DNA of 64,000 nt from Peptococcia bacterium (GTDB lineage Bacteria > Bacillota > Peptococcia > DRI-13 > DTU073). The notes beneath the pieces were generated by a model. The model did not search any database, was not told the DNA's origin, and saw only the letters and a list, made by a program, of their open reading frames with translations. The position numbers and the translations under genes were made by a program. The DNA is taken from assembly GCA_050951585.1 (NCBI GenBank), contig JBMNJI010000007.1, forward strand, positions 333,890 through 397,889, given 5' to 3'. This document shows positions 10,461 to 17,473 of this stretch, one piece after another. How positions within the stretch are numbered: position 1 is the first letter of the stretch; each line of letters begins with the position of its first letter.

Positions 10461-12586
10461 TCTATTGCCCCCCGATATTTTTCTTCAATTTCTGGTAAGC
10501 CCAGATTGACCTTCCAACCGGAACCGGTAATACTTAAAACCTCTCCACCAACATTTCCCAACACCTTAAAGGGGACCTGCCAACTATTCAACTTTTGTAA
10601 AACCAAATCAAGCTTCTCTTTGCAGATACTGATGATAATCCTTGATTGTGTTTCGCCAAACAAGATACTACTGGGACGCAGATTATCCATAAGGGCGATT
10701 TCAGCACCAATTCTCCCGGCAATGCAACACTCCGCTAAGGCCACCGCCAGCCCTCCTTCGGCGCAGTCATGGGCTGATACCGCCAATCCGGACTGAATTA
10801 ACTCTAAAGCCACCTTTTGGACCTGTTTTTCTAATTCCAGATTGAGCTCAGGCGGTCGGCCGGCTTCCAAACCATGAATCACGCTAAGATACGAACTGGC
10901 GCCTAATTCATCCCTGTTTTGTCCCAATAAAAGAATAATGTCATCGACCTGTTTAAAGCCAATCTGGGTCACATGAGTTAAATCTTTAATTAAACCGACC
11001 ATTCCCACAACTGGCGTAGGATAGATGGCCTCACCCTCAGTTTCATTATAAAAGCTCACTTTACCGCCTGTCACCGGCGTATTTAACTCCCGGCAAGCAT
11101 CACTAATCCCGCTGACGCATTCTTTAAAGCGCCAGAAAATCTCCGGGTTTTCCGGATTGCCAAAATTAAGGCAGTCGGTAACAGCTAAAGGCACCGCCCC
11201 GGCACAAACCAAATTACGGGCTGCTTCGGCAACGGCGATTTGTCCGCCCCGATAGGGGTCCAGGTATACATAACGGGAATTGCTGTCTACCGTGAACGCA
11301 ATACCCTTGTTTTGCCCGACAACCCGCAAAACAGCCGCATCGCCTCCCGGCGGTACCATTGTATCTATATCCAACAGATGATCATACTGATTATAGACCC
11401 ACTCTTTCCCGGCGATGGTCGGTGTCCCCAGTAAAGTAAGCAGAACCTTACTATAATCCTCCATCTCCGGTAATGCTGTAAGGTCATATGCCTGTGCCTG
11501 AGCCATTCCTTCCGGTTCAGTCATCTGCCGTTCATCGTGCATAACAGGCTCACCCAAAACCGTGACAGGAAGCTGAGCCACGATGCTCTCCCCTTCGTTC
11601 ACCGTCAAGAAACCATCGGCAGTAACCTGCCCGATTACCTCGGCTCTGATCCCCCATTGAGAAAAGTGTTCCTGCACTTCCCGTTCTTTCCCGGCGGCAA
11701 AAACCAGCAACATCCGTTCCTGGGTTTCTGAAAGCATAATATCCGCTGGGCCAAGTCCATCTCCCCGGAGAGGGATTTTCGCCACATCTATTTCCATGCC
11801 GGTGCCGGCACGGGCAGCCATCTCACAGCAACAAGCCGTCAAACCAGCCGTGCCCAAATCCTGCATGCCGACGACCATTCCGGTTTTACACAACTCTAAG
11901 CAAGCGTCCATGAGTAATTTTCCCAGGGCCGGATCGGCATGTTTAGATCTGCCTCTCTCCGTACAAGCACCAACCAACAACACAGGATTCCCTGGTCCCT
12001 GCGCCTGCCCTTTAATCAGTTCCTCATGCTTAAGTAAGCCTGCACACATGACATTGACCAGGCAATTATCTTCATACGCAGGATGAAAGTAAATCTGCCC
12101 GGCAACTGTGGGAATTTGCATATTATTGCCGTAGGCAGCCAGTCCGGCAACGGCCTCAACAAAAAGAGAACGGCTTTTTTTACTCTTCAGCGTACCAAAA
12201 AACAGCGAATTAAGAAGAGCGATCGGCTTTGCCCCCATCGCATAAACGTCACGGATAATCCCCCCTACGCAGCTTGCCGCGCCTTCGTAAGGTTCAAGGG
12301 CCGAAAAACGATTCCGGCTTTCTATTTTAAATACAACCGCCTGATTATCGCCAATATCCACCACACCGGCATTCTCGCCCGGGCCCTGGAGCACTTGTGC
12401 CCCTACCGTCGGGAGCATTTTTAAAATGTCGCGTGAATTCTTATAACTGCAACGTTCAGCCCACAGCGCCCCAAACATTCTCAATTCAACTTCGTTGGGC
12501 TCGCGCTGCAAAATATCCGTAATCCGAGCATATTCCTGATCTGAAAGCCCCATTTCCCGCCTAAGATCATCTTTCAAGGCACTCAT
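10442..12586 (-). CDS. purL: phosphoribosylformylglycinamidine synthase subunit PurL (small type)
   Basis: PurL-II architecture of about 715 aa. The maximal ORF extends to 12625 through a tandem duplication (MSCSKR-MSCSKG). The third ATG at 12586 gives MSALKDDLRREMGLSDQEY, comparable to other PurL N-termini. The true start is uncertain. Confidence 0.9.
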   Translation of the reverse strand: MSALKDDLRREMGLSDQEYARITDILQREPNEVELRMFGALWAERCSYKNSRDILKMLPTVGAQVLQGPGENAGVVDIGDNQAVVFKIESRNRFSALEPYEGAASCVGGIIRDVYAMGAKPIALLNSLFFGTLKSKKSRSLFVEAVAGLAAYGNNMQIPTVAGQIYFHPAYEDNCLVNVMCAGLLKHEELIKGQAQGPGNPVLLVGACTERGRSKHADPALGKLLMDACLELCKTGMVVGMQDLGTAGLTACCCEMAARAGTGMEIDVAKIPLRGDGLGPADIMLSETQERMLLVFAAGKEREVQEHFSQWGIRAEVIGQVTADGFLTVNEGESIVAQLPVTVLGEPVMHDERQMTEPEGMAQAQAYDLTALPEMEDYSKVLLTLLGTPTIAGKEWVYNQYDHLLDIDTMVPPGGDAAVLRVVGQNKGIAFTVDSNSRYVYLDPYRGGQIAVAEAARNLVCAGAVPLAVTDCLNFGNPENPEIFWRFKECVSGISDACRELNTPVTGGKVSFYNETEGEAIYPTPVVGMVGLIKDLTHVTQIGFKQVDDIILLLGQNRDELGASSYLSVIHGLEAGRPPELNLELEKQVQKVALELIQSGLAVSAHDCAEGGLAVALAECCIAGRIGAEIALMDNLRPSSILFGETQSRIIISICKEKLDLVLQKLNSWQVPFKVLGNVGGEVLSITGSGWKVNLGLPEIEEKYRGAIECLIKS

Positions 12587-12589
12587 TAC

Positions 12590-12643
12590 CCCCTTGCTGC
12601 AACTCATCCTCTTGCTGCAACTCATCCTCTTGCAACAACTGCC
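12590..12643. repeat. tandem 18-bp repeat (about 3 units) over the purL start region
   Basis: Plus-strand units are ccccttgctgcaactcat, cctcttgctgcaactcat and cctcttgcaacaact. Each of the first two carries an ATG plus an AAG(A/G)GG element on the minus strand. Confidence 0.85.
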
Positions 12644-12649
12644 CCCATG

Positions 12650-13150
12650 CTATAACTCCGCCACCAGTTTTTGTATTTTCTCGTCCTTGGCCTTTACTTC
12701 TGCAGCCATTTTTCTTTTATATTCTATTAATTGTTGGCGTAATCTGTTTTCTTTAATACTTAAAATTTGCACAGCTAAAAGGGCGGCATTTTTCGCGCCG
12801 TCAATAGCCACCGTAGCAACCGGAATACCCGAAGGCATTTGGACCATCGCGTAAAGGGCATCTACTCCTTGTAAAGCGGTGCCGTTAATTGGAACACCAA
12901 TCACTGGCAACGGGGTGACCGCCGCCAACACACCCGGTAGATGTGCCGCCGCCCCAGCCCCGGCAATAATCACCGCAAAACCCTCTTCATGCGCTTTGCG
13001 CGCTAAGTCCAGGGCCTGTTCCGTCGTCCGGTGAGCCGAAGCCACATGAGCCTCAAAAGCCACGCCAAATTCCCGTAAAGTTTCCACGGCTTTTTTCATG
13101 ACGGGCCAATCCGAATCACTGCCCATAATTACCAATACTTGCTTCTCCAA
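12650..13150 (-). CDS. purE: 5-(carboxyamino)imidazole ribonucleotide mutase
   Basis: 166 aa with motifs GSDSDWPVM and SAHRT. It has a TTG start preceded by GGAAGGAAGGGA. Confidence 0.95.
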   Translation of the reverse strand: MEKQVLVIMGSDSDWPVMKKAVETLREFGVAFEAHVASAHRTTEQALDLARKAHEEGFAVIIAGAGAAAHLPGVLAAVTPLPVIGVPINGTALQGVDALYAMVQMPSGIPVATVAIDGAKNAALLAVQILSIKENRLRQQLIEYKRKMAAEVKAKDEKIQKLVAEL

Positions 13151-13188
13151 AGTTTTTCCCTTCCTTCCGAGCCACTAGCTTTTTCTCT

Positions 13189-13223
13189 CTATTGACAATA
13201 TATACCATAAATAGTGTCAATAG
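13189..13223. promoter_or_regulatory. perfect 9-bp inverted repeat (CTATTGACA-N17-TGTCAATAG), candidate operator upstream of purE
   Basis: Read directly. The arms are at 13189-13197 and 13215-13223. The repeat lies between the upstream terminator and the purE RBS. No known regulator is assigned. Confidence 0.3.
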
Positions 13224-13262
13224 AAAAAGGTGAGCTTCTCAATTGTTAAATTAAGGCTCACC
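13224..13262 (-). terminator. rho-independent terminator (symporter gene, or pur leader)
   Basis: On the minus strand, a GGUGAGC...GCUCACC stem is followed by UUUUU. It lies 127 nt downstream of the symporter stop. Confidence 0.6.
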
Positions 13263-13292
13263 ATATTGAATAAAATCAACGATTACATTTTT

Positions 13293-13321
13293 ATATTAGA
13301 CTTCTTTGCGCTCTCTGTCAA
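13293..13321 (-). promoter_or_regulatory. candidate sigma-A promoter (TTGACA-17-TAATAT)
   Basis: Perfect -35 at 13321-13316, a 17-nt spacer, and TAATAT at 13298-13293. It lies upstream of the hairpin at 13224-13262, so its role for the pur operon is unclear. Confidence 0.35.
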
Positions 13322-13388
13322 GAAAAGCTGGTTGAGAACAGCCCAAAGCACAGCCTGAACCGTACCGGCGACCAAAAAAATGTCAGTA

Positions 13389-14888
13389 TTAATGATCGAG
13401 CGAAGTTGATTCGGCACGCTTGACAAAAACCTTTTGCAAATGCTCCTCGGAGTAGCTTTCGGTGAACAGACTAACCACAGGTACGATCGCCAGAGAAAGC
13501 AGCATGGCCGTAGCGCCGCCGATCGTCACAAAGCTCGGCTCGAAATTATGATAGAAGGCAAAACCGAGACTGATGAGCAAGCCGCCCAACGCCCCTGCCC
13601 AGGCGCCCATTTTGGTCGTACCGGGCCAAAACAATCCCCAGATATAGGGTCCAAGGAATACCCCGGCCACTGTTCCCCAGGATAACGCCATTAAAGCGAG
13701 AATAATTGCCGGCTTAAAGAGCGCCAGAATGGCGGAAAGAGCAATAAAAATCAGGCAAAGACTGCGCATAATCCCCAGTTCTTCTTTTTTGCCCATATTG
13801 GGGCTGAAATAGCCTTTTAACAAATCGATCGTAATACTGGAGCTGGAAACAAGCACCAGTGAAGACAACGTGGACATGGAAGCGGATAAGACCAAAAGCA
13901 GGATCAGGATGGCCGCTACTTCCGGCAACGCTGTCTGCAAAATCTGGGGCACCAGTAAATCAACAGTTCCTTTCCCTGTAGCGGGATCAATGGGCAATTC
14001 GGTGAAATACAAGTGACTGACGGTACCCACCCCATAGGCCCCCAGCCCGATAATCAGGCAGAAAGCCGTGGAGATAATTGTGGCCGCCTTAACCTTAGCC
14101 GCATCCTTGATGGCGTAAAACTTCTGGACCATTTGCGGTAATCCCCAGGGACCAAGACTGGTTAAGAGAACCACAGAAAACAAGGCCAGCGCATTTTTCC
14201 CTGAAGGAAACACCGCCGTTAAATCAGGGGAAACTTCCCTCAAACGGGGAATCACCTGGGCAAAACCACCTACCGTGGAGTGGCCAAAAACGTAATAAAG
14301 CAAGATTCCTACGCCAAAAAGCATCACACAGCCCTGGATAAAATCCGTTATAGCCACTGCCCTGTATCCGCCCATTAAAAGATAGGCAGCCGTAATCGCC
14401 GTCATGACAAGGAGGGCATAATTGTAATTGATCTGAAAAACCTCTTCAAAAACATAGCTCAGTCCCATAAAAACCGAAGCCGAATAGGGAACCAGAAAAA
14501 TAAAAATTACTAAGGCCGCAAAAATCTTCAGGGCATGGCTGTCATAACGAGCCTGTAAGAACTCAGGCATGGTCATGGCGCCTAGTTTTTCGGTCATTTC
14601 GCGAGTTGGTTTAGCCAGGAGCTTCCAGGCAAGATAACATCCCACCAGGGCATTGCCAAGCCCCACCCACACAGCGGGTAAACCAAAGCCCCACCCAACT
14701 TTTCCTGCGTAACCGACAAAAATTACCGCAGAAAAATAAGTGGTACCATAAGCAAATGCCGACATCCAAGGTCCAATCTTTCTTCCTCCCAGGAAGAAAT
14801 CCCCCAGATTGCTGGTTTTCTTCATTGCCAGAAAACCGCTAATCAGCAAAATTGCCACAAAGGTACCTACCATCAGAATCTTTACCAT
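13389..14888 (-). CDS. sodium:solute symporter family transporter
   Basis: 499 aa with about 13 hydrophobic segments. The N-terminal region (FFLGGRKIGPWMSAFAYGTTYFSA) is typical of the SSS (PutP/PanF) family. The substrate is unknown. Confidence 0.85.
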   Translation of the reverse strand: MVKILMVGTFVAILLISGFLAMKKTSNLGDFFLGGRKIGPWMSAFAYGTTYFSAVIFVGYAGKVGWGFGLPAVWVGLGNALVGCYLAWKLLAKPTREMTEKLGAMTMPEFLQARYDSHALKIFAALVIFIFLVPYSASVFMGLSYVFEEVFQINYNYALLVMTAITAAYLLMGGYRAVAITDFIQGCVMLFGVGILLYYVFGHSTVGGFAQVIPRLREVSPDLTAVFPSGKNALALFSVVLLTSLGPWGLPQMVQKFYAIKDAAKVKAATIISTAFCLIIGLGAYGVGTVSHLYFTELPIDPATGKGTVDLLVPQILQTALPEVAAILILLLVLSASMSTLSSLVLVSSSSITIDLLKGYFSPNMGKKEELGIMRSLCLIFIALSAILALFKPAIILALMALSWGTVAGVFLGPYIWGLFWPGTTKMGAWAGALGGLLISLGFAFYHNFEPSFVTIGGATAMLLSLAIVPVVSLFTESYSEEHLQKVFVKRAESTSLDH

Positions 14889-14982
14889 TTTTCATCCATC
14901 CTTCCATTCTACTTTTTTACCGTTTGTTCCCACCCATCCGGGCTCCTACAAAACCTACTATGCTACAAACCAGAAATACTAC

Positions 14983-15058
<76 letters not shown>

Positions 15059-15076
15059 CCACCTGATATACTAAAA

Positions 15077-15105
15077 ATTATACTACGTCTTGCCGCTTCA
15101 GGCAA
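15077..15105 (-). promoter_or_regulatory. candidate promoter of tRNA-Ala (TTGCCT-17-TATAAT)
   Basis: On the minus strand, the -35 TTGCCT is at 15105-15100, the spacer is 17 nt, and the -10 TATAAT is at 15082-15077. The -10 ends 18 nt upstream of the tRNA 5' end. Confidence 0.55.
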
Positions 15106-15256
15106 GCGGGATTTTGTCGCCGGTGAGATTTTGTCGCCTGTGTATCGGCCCAAACAATTGTATTTTCTTGGCAATCTTGATGAACTTCAAAATGCATGGC
15201 TTAGCAAGACGAAGGAGAACTTGAATAGATGTTTGCCTGACAGAAAGGAGTAGTAT

Positions 15257-15577
15257 ATGGTATTAGATAATAAATTGGGCATTACTGATTCTGCCGTACT
15301 TGCTCGTATGGAAGAAAAAATCAGCAAAACAAAGGCTTTGGAGCTGTTTGAAACCGGGCTTTTGGATACTTTCCCCGTCGGCAACTTTGAGGGACTGGCG
15401 CTAATTCATAAGCATTTGTTTGAGAAAATCTATGATTTTGCCGGAAAAATACGCGATGTGAATATTGCCAAGAGCAATTTTCGCTTTGCACCTGTGATAT
15501 ATTTAAAAGAGGCACTGGATAACATTGGCTCAGTAGGGTTTTTGTTAAGTCAATCATTCCCACTCAACAAATACTAA
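15257..15577 (+). pseudogene. truncated Fic/DOC family gene (N-terminal about 88 codons only)
   Basis: MVLDNKLGITDSAVLARMEEKISK...IYDFAGKIRDVNIAKSNFRFAPVIYLKEALDNI matches the N-terminal half of short Fic proteins. The HPFxxGNGR catalytic motif is absent. The frame runs into unrelated sequence from about 15525 and stops. Confidence 0.7.
15553..15567. repeat. left copy of the direct repeat ATcATTCCCACTCAA (orphan copy of the guaA terminal codons)
   Basis: The 12/12 core ATTCCCACTCAA at 15556-15567 is identical to 17462-17473. Read on the minus strand it gives GAG TGG GAA TGA (E W E stop). Confidence 0.6.
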
Positions 15578-15860
15578 ATAATTCTGTTTACATATTTTTG
15601 CTTCTCGTTAGTCTTGATTTTTTTGATGTTTCTTATCGGGGGTGATAACAAGAATAATTTCACCGCGGATAATATGGAAGTGGTATGCTCATATTATAGC
15701 GTATAATCACTCTTTTTACAAAAATAATTATTATTTTTGCGCACAGTTTATAGAGTTTGTGTGTTATTTTTATTGTAGTTCTATTCTTTGGGTGTTATAA
15801 TAAATTCAAACACATATAAGCATTAAATGTGCGTAAATTTAATTGAAAGAAGGTGAATGC

Positions 15861-16466
15861 GTGGACATCCGAGAGAAAGCAAAAGAAGTCGTTATCCGTA
15901 AAGGCGGTATTGCTAAATCTGCTGATTTTGTCGCTGCAGGAATCAGAGCAGTTGATGTTGTAAATCTGTGTAATGCCGGCTTTCTTGACCGTGTGCGTCA
16001 CGGTTATTACGGACTCGCGGAAAAAAGCTCAGTTTCCGAAGAACAACTTCTCGCAACACTCATTCCAAAAGGAATCGTGTGTGTTGAATCAGCCCTTTTT
16101 CATTACGGCTACAGTGATTTTGCTCCACGCAAGTGGTCAATAGCAATTCCTCGCTCTATGTCAAGGACAAAACTGAATGTGGATGCTCTTGCTCTGCTGC
16201 CTTACTACGTTCAGCCGAAACTGTACGATTTGGGTAAAACCACAGATGATTTTGGAGGCGTTACCCTGCCTATATATGACCGTGAGCGCACCATCTGCGA
16301 TTGCTTCAAATACCGTTCAAAACTTGATAATGAAATTTTTAATAAAGCCCTAAACGCTTACGCTAACGATACCAAGAAAAACCTAAACAACCTTTCTGTA
16401 TATGCGAAAAAACTACGTGTATACAAAAAAGTTACTGAACTGATGGAGGTATTGCTGAATGGCTGA
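15861..16466 (+). CDS. abiEi: type IV toxin-antitoxin system antitoxin AbiEi
   Basis: The N-terminal winged-helix region (DIREKAKEVVIRKGGIAKSADFVAAGI) and overall length are typical of AbiEi. It overlaps the downstream AbiEii gene by 8 nt. I prefer the GTG at 15861 (AAGGTGA 5 nt upstream) to the TTG at 15843. Confidence 0.85.
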   Translation: MDIREKAKEVVIRKGGIAKSADFVAAGIRAVDVVNLCNAGFLDRVRHGYYGLAEKSSVSEEQLLATLIPKGIVCVESALFHYGYSDFAPRKWSIAIPRSMSRTKLNVDALALLPYYVQPKLYDLGKTTDDFGGVTLPIYDRERTICDCFKYRSKLDNEIFNKALNAYANDTKKNLNNLSVYAKKLRVYKKVTELMEVLLNG

Positions 16467-17361
16467 TATGGCTGCATCCGTGCTTGCACGACTGAAAAAT
16501 AAGGTTGCCGAAAGTGGCAGAAGCTATCAGCTTTGCCTGCAGCTCTTTTGCCAAGAAGAATTTCTGCGCCGTTTGGAAAAGTCCAAATATGTAGAAAATC
16601 TTGTGCTGAAAGGCGGCTTGTTTATTTATTCTCTTACTGACTTTGACAGTCGTGTAACAGTTGATGTTGATTTTTTGCTTCGTCAAATGCCAAATACGCC
16701 GGAGCAATTGAAAACAGTATTGGAAGAAATCATCGCAACGCCTACCGGCAATGACTTTATCACTTTTGAGATTAACGATGTTGCCCCTATTGCTGTTGCC
16801 AAAAAGTATGCAGGCATCGCTGCATCTGTAGTCGCTCGCATTAAAAATACCAAAACACCGTTCAGCATTGACTTCGGCGTAGGTGATGTCATCGTGCCAA
16901 AGCAGGAAAAGCGAAAAATCCCGACACAGCTTTCCGATTTTGATTCCCCAACGGTAAATACATACTCTGTTGAAACAACCATCGCAGAGAAAATTGATGC
17001 TATTCTGAGCCTTATGGAGTTTTCCAGCCGAATGAAAGATTACTACGATATTTACTATATTGCCAATAAGTTTGATTTTGACGGCAAGGTGCTTACTGAG
17101 GCACTAAGAAAAACCTTCGTCAATCGCGGACGAAGCTTTACCCCCGCACAGTTCGAACAGGTTATGGGATTTGACAGAGACGGTGCAATGCATAAAAAGT
17201 GGAAAGCCTTTGTCCGCAAGATTGATACTAAAACGGATGATTTTAGTACCGTGCTAAAAACTATAAAAACGTTCCTTACTGCACCGTTCACAGCAACATT
17301 GGATGCAACTGAGTTTTCAGATCAATGGATAGCCGCTGAAAATCAATGGAGGAGTAATTGA
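16459..17361 (+). CDS. abiEii: nucleotidyltransferase toxin AbiEii/AbiGii
   Basis: 300 aa. The N-terminus AASVLARLKNKVAESGRSYQLCLQLFCQEEFLRRL...LVLKGGLFIY...VDVDF is characteristic of the AbiEii NTase family. Confidence 0.9.
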   Translation: MADMAASVLARLKNKVAESGRSYQLCLQLFCQEEFLRRLEKSKYVENLVLKGGLFIYSLTDFDSRVTVDVDFLLRQMPNTPEQLKTVLEEIIATPTGNDFITFEINDVAPIAVAKKYAGIAASVVARIKNTKTPFSIDFGVGDVIVPKQEKRKIPTQLSDFDSPTVNTYSVETTIAEKIDAILSLMEFSSRMKDYYDIYYIANKFDFDGKVLTEALRKTFVNRGRSFTPAQFEQVMGFDRDGAMHKKWKAFVRKIDTKTDDFSTVLKTIKTFLTAPFTATLDATEFSDQWIAAENQWRSN

Positions 17362-17362
17362 T

Positions 17363-17458
17363 ATGGATAAAAAACAAATGACAGAAGAAGATATTAAGCT
17401 TCAGTTTATTACTCCCGCTATCACCGCAAAGTGGTCAATGAGCCTAAAGTGTCACTAG
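17363..17458 (+). pseudogene. N-terminal stub of a type I restriction enzyme R subunit (hsdR)
   Basis: This ORF (MDKKQMTEEDIKLQFITPAITAKW, then SMSLKCH-stop) was too short for the ORF track and I read it from the DNA. The first 24 residues match the conserved HsdR N-terminus (..E.DI...FITPA....GW). It starts 1 nt after the abiEii stop and ends 2 nt before the guaA stop. Confidence 0.5.
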
Positions 17459-17473
17459 ATTATTCCCACTCAA
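17459..17473. repeat. right copy of the direct repeat ATtATTCCCACTCAA (true guaA terminal codons)
   Basis: The reverse complement reads ATT GAG TGG GAA TAA, which is I E W E stop of guaA. Confidence 0.6.

Larger units (their letters stand above)
15553..17473. mobile_element. decayed integrative islet at the guaA 3' end (AbiE cargo, no integrase)
   Basis: It is bounded by the 12-bp direct repeat that includes the guaA stop region. The interior is visibly AT-richer and transcribed opposite to its neighbours. It contains only abiEi/abiEii and a 31-codon hsdR stub. Confidence 0.5.
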
